A program made the position numbers and the translations under genes. Shown piece after piece: positions 1 through 10,530 of a DNA stretch of 34,601 nucleotides. The stretch's first letter is position 1. Each line of letters opens with the position of its first letter. The notes under the pieces are model-generated. The model did no database searches and was not told where the DNA came from. It saw nothing but the letters and a program-made list of their open reading frames with translations. Source of the DNA: Macrostomum lignano (Eukaryota); contig NIVC01004809.1 of assembly GCA_002269645.1 (NCBI GenBank), positions 1 through 34,601 of the forward strand, written 5' to 3'.

Positions 1-76
1 TTCTGTGTCCTCGACCAAAATGGCCTTGTGCAATGTGCAATCAAAACTGACCAACTCTATGAATTCTCAGACTAAC

Positions 77-350
77 CGCTGCAATACTCCGTGTCTCAAT
101 TGTTCAAGTACACGAGTTGAGGCGGCGCCAGAAGCGCTGTGCAATTCGTGAACCTCGCGCGGTTCTAAAATTCGAATCTCCAAATTATTTCGATGATGCG
201 CGATGTGCCGCTGGACAACTTTGTAGGCCCATAGCGGCCTGTTCTCGTACATAAACACCATTCTGCCGCACAGCTTGATCAGCTGGTGATCCGACTCCCT
301 TAAAAGGGTGTCCCTCTCCGGATGTCTACGCAACAGAGCCAAGATGTCGT
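77..350 (-). CDS. PIK3CA/B/D: Class I PI3K p110 catalytic subunit, coding exon 3 (Ras-binding domain); gene continues off left edge
   Basis: IKLCGRMVFMYENRPLWAYKVVQRHI aligns by eye with p110alpha RBD [26 protein letters not shown]. Phase-1 acceptor atcgcag|AC at 350 fits the upstream phase-1 donor; donor CG|gttagt at 77/76. An extra small exon from the gtgcag acceptor at 444 is possible. Confidence 0.7.
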
Positions 351-444
351 CTGCGATTTTTAGGTTGCAATTATTAATTATAGATTTATTAAGATTGAAG
401 TTGCTATATGCAACAAGTCGCTTTGATGGTGGTGGTATCGACTG

Positions 445-1678
445 CACATGACGATAAAACTAACTATACATGACGATAAAACTAGACTATACATGACGAT
501 AAAACTAGACTATACATGACGATAAAACTAGACTATACATGACGATAAAACTAGACTATACATGACGATAAAACTAGACTATACATGACGATAGAACTAG
601 ACTATACATGACGATAAAACTAGACTATACATGACGATAAAATTAGACTATACATGACGATAAAACTAGACTATACATGACGATAAAACTAGACTATACA
701 TGACGATAAAACTAGACTATACATGACGATAAAACTAGACTATACATGACGATAGAACTAGACTATACATGACGATAAAACTAGACTATACATGACGATA
801 GAACTAGACTATACATGACGATAAAACTAGACTATACATGACGATAGAACTAGACTATACATGACGATAGAACTAGACTATACATGACGATAAAACTAGA
901 CTATACATGACGATAGAACTAGACTATACATGACGATAAAACTAGACTATACATGACGATAAAACTAGACTATACATGACGATAGAACTAGACTATACAT
1001 GACGATAAAACTAGACTATACATGACGATAGAACTAGACTATACATGACGATAAAACTAGACTATACATGACGATAGAACTAGACTATACATGACGATAA
1101 AACTAGACTATACATGACGATAGAACTAGACTATACATGACGATAAAACTAGACTATACATGACGATAAAACTAGACTATACATGACGATAGAACTAGAC
1201 TATACATGACGATAAAACTAGACTATACATGACGATAAAACTAGACTATACATGACGATAGAACTAGACTATACATGACGATAAAACTAGACTATACATG
1301 ACGATAAAACTAGACTATACATGACGATAGAACTAGACTATACATGACGATAAAACTAGACTATACATGACGATAGAACTAGACTATACATGACGATAGA
1401 ACTAGACTATACATGACGATAGAACTAGACTATACATGACGATAAAACTAGACTATACATGACGATAAAACTAGACTATACATGACGATAGAACTAGACT
1501 ATACATGACGATAAAACTAGACTATACATGACGATAGAACTAGACTATACATGACGATAAAACTAGACTATACATGACGATAAAACTAGACTATACATGA
1601 CGATAGAACTAGACTATACATGACGATAAAACTAGACTATACATGACGATAGAACTAGACTATACATGACGATAAAAC
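445..1678. repeat. 23-bp minisatellite (GACTATACATGACGATA(A/G)AACTA), about 53 copies, filling PI3K intron 2
   Basis: Read directly; near-perfect units with one A/G variant position. Confidence 0.97.
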
Positions 1679-1722
1679 TTCAACAGAGAAACATATATGG
1701 TTAAGCGCAGATCATTACTCAC

Positions 1723-2151
1723 TAGGCCTGTCGCCTAAACTGACAACAATATCCACAAAGTTGGAGCGCGACATTCGCGGCTGTTTCAGTCGGCCACCAT
1801 CCGGCTGCTGCAGACGCCGCACGCTCAGGCACATCATCGACGAGTCGCTCAATGCAGGCGGTAACTTGTTGCTTAAAGCTACGGGAAAATTAGTTCGAAG
1901 CCAGGCAACAAATGAGTCGCGATCTTCAGCCGTCTCAGCTTGCAACTCAGAGTCGACTAAACGCCTGACCTGGCTGGCGCAGTGGAACATCTCGATGAGC
2001 TCAGGGTCAGATGGAGAGGCGAGGCACAGAGGTTGACGCTGACACAGTGCGGCGGTGAGCTGCTCAACAATGAGGCGAGACTCCAGATCGCTCGGATTGG
2101 CACTACTCAACGACAAGGTGACAATGCTGCCTAGAGGATCGGATTCTTGGC
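1723..2151 (-). CDS. PIK3CA/B/D: Class I PI3K p110, coding exon 2 (ABD-RBD linker)
   Basis: SPSDPELIEMFHCASQV resembles p110 MVKDPEVQDF. Acceptor ttccacag|GC at 2151 (same-phase alternative at 2130), donor CCTA|gtgagt at 1723; 429 nt keeps phase 1. Confidence 0.7.
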
Positions 2152-2254
2152 CTGTGGAAGTTCGGGGGTTCAGTTTTGAAATCATTTGTTTTTAGGTTCG
2201 TGCACTATATCGCTACGTCTAGGGTGACGTCCACCCACAACCAGTGCTGCTCGT

Positions 2255-2370
2255 ACAAACGCGCCAATACTGTACGCAGGCACGCACTCATATACAAGGT
2301 GAACAGTGGCCCAGACTTTCGAATCATCAAGAGTGTACACCCTGACGTAAGGGGGGGGGAACCTCCAACC
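2255..2370 (+). repeat. Family B, old diverged copy in PI3K intron 1
   Basis: CCAATACTGTACGCAGGCA is a 19-nt exact match to the reverse complement near 8392-8410, and the segment is colinear with 25105-25215. Confidence 0.7.
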
Positions 2371-2455
2371 TCTAGACCAATTTTCGTGCGCACAAGTCCC
2401 AAACGAATGGGGCTGCCGTAAAAATTATAAAACCATGTTTAAAGTTGTCTCCCAC

Positions 2456-2768
2456 CTGCTTTCTCGGTCTGCTGAAAGCGACTAAAACTGCTCAGACGTT
2501 GCGATTCCTCAAATTCGGTGACCCGACGGAAATAGCTGTGGTCGAGAAACTCGAAGTAGTATTCCTGCCTGGATTTCATCAAGTGAATTAGACCCAGATC
2601 GCTTAGCTTTTTCCATACTAGATGCTTGAGCTGGGCAAAGGTGACGTCTAACGATATCATCAAGTCCAGTAGATAGGGAAAGTCATCTTGCTGAATGAGC
2701 ACAGACAGCGGCTGCGGCTCAGAGTACACCTCCGAGTAAGCATAGTCTGAGTTTTCTTCATTCGCCAT
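2456..2768 (-). CDS. PIK3CA/B/D: Class I PI3K p110, coding exon 1 (adaptor/p85-binding domain)
   Basis: VTFAQLKHLVWKKLSDLGLIHLMKSRQEYYF...EESQRLSSF matches the ABD pattern of p110alpha (ATLITIKHELFKEA..LHQLL....YIF...DETRRL). ATG at 2768, donor GCAG|gtggga at 2456. Confidence 0.75.
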
Positions 2769-2786
2769 GAATGCGAACAGCAAGCA

Positions 2787-2798
2787 CTGAAACAAATA
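2787..2798 (-). promoter_or_regulatory. TTTCAG acceptor 18 nt upstream of the PI3K ATG
   Basis: ttatttgtttcag|TGCTTG...ATG; could be cis (see 2988-3283) or trans. Confidence 0.55.
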
Positions 2799-3511
2799 AG
2801 CAAGGTTTCGATTCTACTGCTCAAGCTTATATTTTGTAAATCCTAAGTCTCCTAACCAATAACGGTCTAATGTTAAATACGAGTACTATTTGACCGCTTC
2901 AAGCTCTAAATAGTCGAATTTTGATATTGGTTAGGTGGCGTTTTTGATACTCGAGTAATATACTTGAGTTATAAAAAATAAATATACCATTTCAACTTCG
3001 AAGAGGGTTGGATTAATCTTAACGCGCGTGAGGTGCAAGAAGATCAAGGATTTCTGAGATTCTCGGTACATTGATGAGCCATGTGGAAGAAAAGCCGACT
3101 GTGACCGTTAAACAATCAGTCCTCTGATTGACGGGACTTGATCAATTACATTGAAGGATGTTACGACGACTTAATGGAGATAGGAAAGAATAGTGGCATG
3201 TCAAGAGAATTCCTACACACGATCTGAATGGCGGCGCGGAGACATTCATCCCCCCCCCGGAGCGCGATGTATTTTTGTACACGCTGAAGTCAGTAAGTTA
3301 ATTTGTCATGGTTAGATATTGTTGCATGTTATATCATGTTAAAAAAACGGCAAATCAAGTTAGTTAAGGTGTGTCTTATCGGCAGTTTTCATCGCACAAG
3401 AAAGTAGGTAAAATTATCCCCATGTTGTTATTTTTTTACCGTCTAATCATTAAAATAAATCATTATAAAACAAAACAGATAAAAAGTAAAGTGTAAAACA
3501 GAGGTGGTGTA

Positions 3512-3517
3512 TTTATT
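3512..3517 (-). promoter_or_regulatory. Candidate AATAAA polyadenylation signal of TBC1D19
   Basis: TTTATT on plus strand at the end of a U-rich 3' region. Confidence 0.5.
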
Positions 3518-3782
3518 GAGATAACGAGTGTGACAGTTTCAAACGTTATGAGCAAGGTAAATGTAACATCTAAAAACTTTAAAAATTGCATGAACAATGC
3601 ATGTCTAACTAAAGAAGCACTATTCACAGCCTTAATTTAGAAAATTCCATTTTGCAGAATTAAATTTTGCCTGATTTCAACAAGTTTAAATTAAGTAAAA
3701 AATATTCAAAAAGACCTTTTATCGTAGTACACACAACAGTTGTTCGTAGAAGTTTTGATTGCAGCTTTTTTGAACAAAAAAA

Positions 3783-4066
3783 GTAATTGATTACACCTGT
3801 GCTAATGGTCAGATGTGCAAACGACAGCTCAGTTGCAGCTATTGCGCGGCGTATCTGAAAGCTGCGTACGACTGTTCAGTCCAAGGACTGGGGGTCGTCA
3901 CACTCTCAATTACCCCATCTAATGCCGGTATCTATTTTACAGCTGTGTGAACTAAAGCAATTTAGAGTGAAGTGTCTTGATCAAGAACACAAATTATTCT
4001 ATCTGAGTCGAGAATCGAATCCCAAACCTTTCAGCCATGAGTCTGGCGCTCTAACCAGTGGGCTAC
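3783..4066 (-). mobile_element. tRNA-derived CORE-like SINE, diverged copy, just downstream of the TBC1D19 stop
   Basis: Minus strand GTAGCCCACTGGTTAGAGCG (A-box), GGATTCGATTC (B-box-like); colinear with the other three copies. Confidence 0.8.
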
Positions 4067-4176
4067 AGTCCCCTCGTCTCAAGCTACAACCGCTAACTTT
4101 GAACAAAGTCAACAGAAAAACGCATAGGTGATCGATTTTTTCCAAAAGCTTGTAAAAGCTGTTATTAATCTATCTG

Positions 4177-5058
4177 TCAATCGTTATAACGCGCAAACAA
4201 GGTCAGCTGAAGTATAGGTCCAACGCTTAGCGTGGTTAAATCAGACAGGACAGCTTCAGCAGCTGAGAACGATTTCGTCTGAAGCAAATTATGCTTCCGA
4301 AAAGAGAACACACCAACAGCGAACAATGGCAGAATTGTGAGACTGTCGTAGGCGACAATTCTATCCCAGAGTAGCAGCACCTGTTCCGGCAGCAGTAAAC
4401 CGGAGAAGGCCAGCATCATCCAGCGGAAAGCGATGCGCAACGGTTGAATACCTTCGGAGCGTAGATGATGAAACAGTTCAGGCTCTTGAGTTTGCAGCAA
4501 CGATTCAAATAGGGCGCACAGGCCCAGTATGCTATCTGGTTCGGAGCTGATCACGTGCAACTTGTAGAAGTGGCGAGTGTACAGCTCGCGAAATACCAAG
4601 TAAAGCTCTTTGGGATCCGGATACAGAAAGCACAGCGGACACAGTAGCAGAGCGAATCCGTGGAACGGAATCACACCGGAGGGCGGATAGGCCACAGCGG
4701 CGGATTCGTCTCCAACCCGACCGTTCAAATACGCCTTCGGAGCCGTGGCGCAACAGCGTCGATAAACTCCTACAATAGCTGGATCCCGGCTAAACATCAG
4801 CAATATCATGTGCAGATAGTCTTCAAACACGAAGTACATATCATTGTTGGCGGCAGTCAGTTTGACATCTTTGAAAATAAGCGCGTCAACTAGCAAATCG
4901 TGGTCTAGCACGGCCTGTTTCAGGCCTTGGAGGTATTGTTCGGCGTGTCCGGTGACTGAGACGTCAAAAATTAACGACCAGAGGCGACCACGATAGGACA
5001 GAGGTACACCGCGTTTAGCCAACTCCTGGGCTAGGGGTGCACTGCCAGATTCGAGTAC
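4177..5058 (-). CDS. TBC1D19: TBC1 domain family member 19, exon 2 (Rab-GAP TBC domain, stop TGA 4177-4179)
   Basis: HDLLVDALIFKDVKLTAANNDMYFVFEDYL, YPPSGVIPFHGF and QPLRIAFRWM match human TBC1D19 closely. Acceptor ttttgcag|GTA at 5058; 882 nt. Confidence 0.95.
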   Translation of the reverse strand, partial: VLESGSAPLAQELAKRGVPLSYRGRLWSLIFDVSVTGHAEQYLQGLKQAVLDHDLLVDALIFKDVKLTAANNDMYFVFEDYLHMILLMFSRDPAIVGVYRRCCATAPKAYLNGRVGDESAAVAYPPSGVIPFHGFALLLCPLCFLYPDPKELYLVFRELYTRHFYKLHVISSEPDSILGLCALFESLLQTQEPELFHHLRSEGIQPLRIAFRWMMLAFSGLLLPEQVLLLWDRIVAYDSLTILPLFAVGVFSFRKHNLLQTKSFSAAEAVLSDLTTLSVGPILQLTLFARYND

Positions 5059-5420
5059 CTGCAAAATTGACAGGCAATTGATGTTGAGCAAAAAAGCCAG
5101 CTGTTGGTGTTGAGCGGGGGAAATTGACCTGCTGGTCCATGGCATTAACGTTGAAAAGACAGCTATGCGTCATAATACTAAAGTAGGCACTTTAATATAT
5201 TAACAATTGCAGTGAGAAGATTGCTAACTTATTAGCCCAACCTTGAAACTGCAGTCTTAGACGTTCCGTTTTTTGGTACAATTAGCGCTACTCTGTCTTT
5301 TCGAAAGTGCTGAATTTTCATGCTTTAAAATACAGCAATAATGCCAGTGTAGAAAAAGACATGTTTAGTAGCCAGGAAAGACTAGATAAACTACTGCTAC
5401 TTGAATAGTAACTAACGAAC

Positions 5421-6134
5421 CTTCACAGTGAGCTTTTCCCGTTCAACATCGCCGTCAGGCAGACACTCGTCATCTACGCCAGTCTGCGACAAGCTAATAG
5501 CCAAATCGTGATAGTCCAAACGTAGCTGGTCAATTGTTTTACAGCGCAACGGAGCGTGTATCAGGCCCCAGCGAGTGTCAGTCATCTCTGGCAGAGCGTT
5601 GGGACACCTGACTGCGACCAGCACTTCAAGGAAGTCCTTAGAAGCGTACACGGGTCTGATTGAAGAGACATCTTTCTCTATCACACTCAGCTCATTCCAT
5701 TTCGACACCAGCGCGTTGAAATCTTTCTCCGTTCGACGGCGAGCCAACGGCAAGCCAAGATCTGAGCACATAGTGTTGAGACTTTTGCAGATCCGTTTCT
5801 CCCAATTAGCTTGAGCTCTGCCAATATGAGCAGCCTCACCAACTGGTGTTAACGACTGCTGCTGCTGCTGAGACAGCGGCTGCTGCTGATACTGGCGCTT
5901 GGGCAATTTAGCTGATGCAGCAAAAAGCCAGTTGATAACGCTGCGACGACTTTCAGGCGTGTTTAACCGATCTAACAAAGCGTCTTTAGCGGCGGAGAAG
6001 CCGCCACTACTAGAGGCCAAATAGCTGCTGGATGCGCCCGAAGTCAAGTCTTTCTCCACAGCTTCCAATAGGCTAAGATGCAGATCAGAGTCGAAGAAAT
6101 TGCGGCAGAGTTCTTCTAAATCGGCTTCTTCCAT
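5421..6134 (-). CDS. TBC1D19: TBC1 domain family member 19, exon 1
   Basis: AQANWEKRICKSLNTMCSDLGLPLARRR and RPVYASKDFLEVL match TBC1D19. ATG at 6134 (MEEADL), donor AAG|gttcgt at 5421; 714 nt, phase 0. Confidence 0.93.
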
Positions 6135-6169
6135 AGTGAGATGGAGCAATTATTGACCTCTTTGGTACA

Positions 6170-6178
6170 CTGAAATTT
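6170..6178 (-). promoter_or_regulatory. TTTCAG acceptor 35 nt upstream of the TBC1D19 ATG (candidate trans-splice site)
   Basis: aaaatttcag|TGTACC...ATG; no obvious upstream exon. Confidence 0.5.
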
Positions 6179-6311
6179 TTTAGGAGAATTAACATGATTA
6201 TAAATTGTTATGGAATCGTTTTATCCTTTAGTCTACGTATTATTATATACTACAAAACAAAACAAATCAAGAGAAACTATGATATCCAATCCAAAATAAA
6301 TCCATCACTGG

Positions 6312-6317
6312 TTTATT
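6312..6317 (-). promoter_or_regulatory. Candidate AATAAA polyadenylation signal of RRP12
   Basis: TTTATT on plus strand, about 140 nt before the next gene's acceptor. Confidence 0.5.
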
Positions 6318-6699
6318 GATTTCACAGCGGCATGACAGATACGCCAAAAAACAACCAATTTATCGAACCTAAACCAGGAAATGCTTTTCAAGCGTGAACT
6401 CCAGGTCTCCAGCAGATTAACTAGAAATTGAAAGTTAATTTAATTTCTCAAATGAAATGCTGCTGGCAAACATTTAGTAGTGAATTTTGGGGTAATCACA
6501 ACCATCGCTATTAACACTATTGAATTGCGCATCATTTCGTCAGATTTCAACCGATTTTTTTAGAAAAAGCAAGCTGTTCTCCTTGAATTCTTTTGACAAT
6601 AAGATAAACTATAAAAATCAAGCCTCAATAGAGACATTCATCGAGCTCGTAGAAAAAAAACGGAACTAGAAGACGTTGTCTGATAATCTGGGAAGGCGG

Positions 6700-7225
6700 T
6701 GGTGGCCCAGCAACTCATGATCTATCCGGGAGGCTGGCCCAGCAACTGAGGATCTGGGAGGCTGGCCCAGCAACTGAGGATCTGGGAGGCTGGCCCAGCA
6801 ACTGAGGATCTGGGAGGCTGGCCCAGCAACTGAGGATCTGGGAGGCTGGCCCAGCAACTGAGGATCTGGGAGGCTGGCCCAGCAACTGAGGATCTGGGAG
6901 GCTGGCCCAGCAACTGAGGATCTGGGAGGCTGGCCCAGCAACTGAGGATCTGGGAGGCTGGCCCAGCAACTGAGGATCTGGGAGGCTGGCCCAGCAACTG
7001 AGGATCTGGGAGGCTGGCCCAGCAACTGAGGATCTGGGAGGCTGGCCCAGCAACTGAGGATCTGAGAGGCTGGTCTAGCAACTGGGGATCTGAGAGGCTG
7101 GTCTAGCAACTGGGGATCTGAGAGGCTGGCCCAGCAACTGAGGATCTGGGAGGCTGGCCCAGCAACTGGGGATCTAGGAGGCTGGCCCAGCAACTGCGAG
7201 GATCTGTGAAGCTGGCCCAGCAACT
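6700..7225. repeat. 28-bp minisatellite (GGCTGGCCCAGCAACTGAGGATCTGGGA), about 18 copies, downstream of the RRP12 stop
   Basis: Read directly; the 28-aa three-frame cycling in the ORF track confirms a 28-nt unit. Confidence 0.97.
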
Positions 7226-7322
7226 GACACTCTAAATACAATCATTGACTTTCAATGCTTCTGAGACAATAGGCGATCAACGGTTCCCTTTCAGTCTCAA
7301 CAGTTTATAAAGCATCCACGAT

Positions 7323-8330
7323 TCATTTTCTCCTCCTAGCCTTGGCCTTGCGAATTCCTCCGCTGCCACCAGACTTGGAGCTCGATGCGGGCGCTCGGAC
7401 CAGATTCTTGTACTTGCCAAGACGGGCCAACTTGCCAGCAACATTTTTACGGTTCAACAGCCGCCTATCCAACGACAGGTAAGAATAGGGGTCAAGACCG
7501 TCCGACTGCGTCTTCTTCTTTTTAATTTTAGTAGCGCCAGAAGAAGATTTTGCTTGCTTCCGCAATTGCTGCGACTTGTTCAGCTTGCCTCCAGCTGGCT
7601 GTTTAGTCATGTCCCGATGAATGCCCCGCCCGCCCGGCCGGTACTTGGCTTGGACGCTGAATCGTCTTCATCATCGGATGAGGAGGACACGCCGCCGGAG
7701 ATGCTGTCTTCGTCATCATTGATAGCGGCAGTGCCGACCTGCTGTTTCATCTTTCGACTCTGTTTAGCTTTCTCACCGACATCCGCATCATCCGAGTCGC
7801 TCTCCTCAATGATCAAACGTCCATCAGACGACAATTTGAAATCGTCGCCCAGACGTCGCCGCTTGCTAGCAGCGTCAGCGGCGTCGGCGGATAGCGGCGG
7901 TCGGCTCCGATGGATCCTGGCGGCGGCTAGGGAGTCGCGCAAGTCCAGAATCTCGTCGTCGGCCTCCTCCAACCAGGCGGAATCTGCCAAGCGCTTGCTT
8001 CGAGACTTGTTGCCGCTTTTGGCGCTCTTGCTTCTTCTGCCGTCGCCGTCCTCCGAAGCGGAACTGTCAGACGACATGTTCAACAAGTCGTCGATGCCGC
8101 GTACAACTCGAGTAGCTTCGGAGCGTCCACCGATGCTGCTGGAGTCTTCACGGCCAGCGGCTGTTTGTGAGTCTTCGCCGCGTTTGCCGCGCTGTTTCAG
8201 GCGCTCCTTGTGCTCGGTTCGTTTGCGCACATTGGTCAGCTGTTTGTGATAGAAGGCCGGCAGGCCGGCGCGAAGCGTTTCGTAGGGAAAGCCGGCGAGC
8301 AGGTCGGTGAGGATGCGGCGGACAGTGGCT
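7323..8330 (-). CDS. RRP12: RRP12-like protein, exon 5 (C-terminus; one frameshift near 7650)
   Basis: YHKQLTNVRKR, KYRPGGRGIHRD (after the shift) and DPYSYLSLDRRLLNR match RRP12 C-terminal motifs. Acceptor ttccag|A at 8330; exon is one base short of frame. Confidence 0.85.
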
Positions 8331-8486
8331 CTGGAATTAGGTCAGGGAGCAAGCAGCTCAATAGTGAGTTTGAGCGTGTGTACGAATGCTTGCCTGCGTA
8401 CAGTATTGGGCTGCTTGTATGTGCTCAGGGGTCAAGCGGAATGAGCAGAATTTTTGGGGTCTGTGTGCACCCTGGGGCACTCCACT

Positions 8487-8640
8487 GACTCCCCGGAGCA
8501 GGCACACACTCACACAGGAGTGCACAGAGGCCCCAACTCTATTTATCGTTAGGCATGTACACTTCACTGTGCCTTGGGGGTTGGTCATCAAGGCCGTTAA
8601 TTGCACGAGCAGAGCCAAGCCGAGATTCCAATCTAGCCGC
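8487..8640 (+). repeat. Unclassified dispersed repeat family B, copy in RRP12 intron 4 (inverted partial copy at about 8365-8450)
   Basis: Highly similar to 25086-25266 (GCAGGCACACACTCACACAGG...GCCAAGCCGAGATTCCAAT). Strand is a relative label only. Confidence 0.88.
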
Positions 8641-8649
8641 AAATAAATG

Positions 8650-8955
8650 TGACTAATTGTAGTTAGAGCGTCGGGCTCATAACTGAAAAGTCGGGAGTTC
8701 GATTCTCGATCCCACTGGAACAATTTGTGTCCTTGAGCAAGACACTTAACTCTGCATTGCTTCAGTTCGCCCAGCTGTAAAATGGGTGCCAGCATTAGCT
8801 GGGGTAATTGAGGCTGTGTGTGTGGCGACCCCCCCCCCTCAGTCCTTGGATTGAACAGCCGTTTGCAGCCTTCAGATGCGCCGCGCAATAGCTGCGGCTG
8901 AGCTGTCGGTTGCACATCTGACCCAATTTGGGCAGGTGCAATCAATTATTATATT
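8650..8955 (+). mobile_element. tRNA-derived CORE-like SINE in RRP12 intron 4
   Basis: GTTAGAGCG...GAGTTCGATTC head; TGTGTCCTTGAGCAAGACACTTAAC...CAGCTGTAAAATGGG resembles the MIR CORE as remembered; AT-rich tail. Confidence 0.85.
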
Positions 8956-9091
8956 ATTACTATCATTGTTACTACACTTAAAATCGTTTCTGGGCCGCTG
9001 GGACTTCAGAGCACCGCACTAGGCCACTAGACTACGCCTCCATTGCGATTCAGTGTAGATCTGATAAAAAAATAAGAGCACTAGGACAAAC

Positions 9092-9750
9092 CTGAAAGCC
9101 GGTCGGAGGCTCACCGGCAAAGCCTCCAAGCACTGCGCCACCTGCTCCAGGGTGTAAGCGTGACCAAATCTACGAACCACCGACGCTAAACAACGCAGCG
9201 CCGCTTTCACCAACGTTCTCGGACTGTCCGAAGCGGACATTGTGTCTGACAGGCGTTGCAACAAAGACGCTAACAAAGACCGATTCATACAGTGACGCAG
9301 ATGACTCAGCAGGCCTGTCACCGAGTACAGAGCAGCCTGCAGTGTGGCATGCTCGTTGCCAGCCGCGGCAAACACCGCAGCCAGAAATCCAATAGCAGCA
9401 TTGCCACCAGCATCATCGTCTTCATCAACATCTGTTCGCACCTGTTGAGCATAGAATCGGAACACCTCCAACAGGAGACTGTCAGCGGCTTCTCTAGCCT
9501 GACTGTTCTGCTCTGTGCTACCCAGTACAGCCTCTGGCAGGGCCAGCTCTGCCAACTGGCGCCTCTGCTCGTCAGTCTCCAACCAGCTGGTTCCATTGGA
9601 CACGCACAGAGCCAGACAGCGTAGCCGGGACTTGCGACTACTTGGCAAGGCTTGGCCTCCAGACGAGGCCAGATCTAATAGCAGCTTGGCTAGACGATGA
9701 ATATTGGCTATATTGGACTCGGATGCGATGCCTGAGTTGCTGGGCAGCGA
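9092..9750 (-). CDS. RRP12: RRP12-like protein, exon 4
   Basis: SSRKSRLRCL resembles SPAKRPRLKCL; LPEAVLGSTEQNSQAREAA is RRP12-like. Acceptor ttccag|TCG at 9750, donor TTCAG|gtttgt at 9092, phase 2. Confidence 0.85.
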
Positions 9751-9830
9751 CTGGAATGTGTTGGTTGGGACAATACCTAATGTAAATTTATGGTATTGAC
9801 ATACTGCCCATTAACTTATTGTAATTTTAC

Positions 9831-10505
9831 CAAATATCTGACTCAATAGCTGACCTAATATCTGACTCAATATCTGACCCAATATCTGACTCAATATCTG
9901 ACCCAATATCTGACTCAATATCTGACCCAATATCTGACTCAATATCTGACCCAATATCTGACTCAATATCTGACCCAATATCTGACTCAATATCTGACTC
10001 AATATCTGACCCAATATCTGACTCAATATCTGACTCAATATCTGACCCAATATCTGACTCAATAGCTGACCCAATATCTGACTCAATAGCTGACTTAATA
10101 TCTGACTCAATAGCTGACCCAATATCTGACTTAATATCTGACTCAATATCTGACCCAATATCTGACTCAATAGCTGACCCAATATCTGACTCAATATCTG
10201 ACCCAATATCTGACTCAATAGCTGACCCAATATCTGACTCAATATCTGACTCAATATCTGACTCAATAGCTGACCCAATATCTGACTCAATAGCTGACCC
10301 AATATCTGACTCAATAGCTGACCCAATATCTGACTCAATAGCTGACTCAATAGCTGACTTAATATCTGACTCAATATCTGACCCAATATCTGACTCAATA
10401 TCTGACTCAATATCTGACTCAATATCTGACTCTATAGCTGACCGAATATCTGACTCAATAGCTGACCCAATATCTGACTAATTAGCTGACCCAATATCTG
10501 GTCAA
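9831..10505. repeat. 12-bp minisatellite (TGAC(C/T)CAATA(T/G)C) in RRP12 intron 3
   Basis: Read directly; gives the (SQIL/GQIL/GQLL)n ORF. Confidence 0.96.
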
Positions 10506-10530
10506 TATCAACAATTGATCCAGCAATCAC

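Noticed and set aside
2196-2346. Apparent antisense exon in PI3K intron 1 (tttttag|...|gtaagg) and weak RT-like GPLFTLYM peptide
   Set aside because: The segment aligns with repeat family B; the peptide match is too short.
6666-7241. Three overlapping LLGQPPRSSVAGPASQ ORFs
   Set aside because: Artefact of a 28-nt unit cycling through frames after the RRP12 stop.
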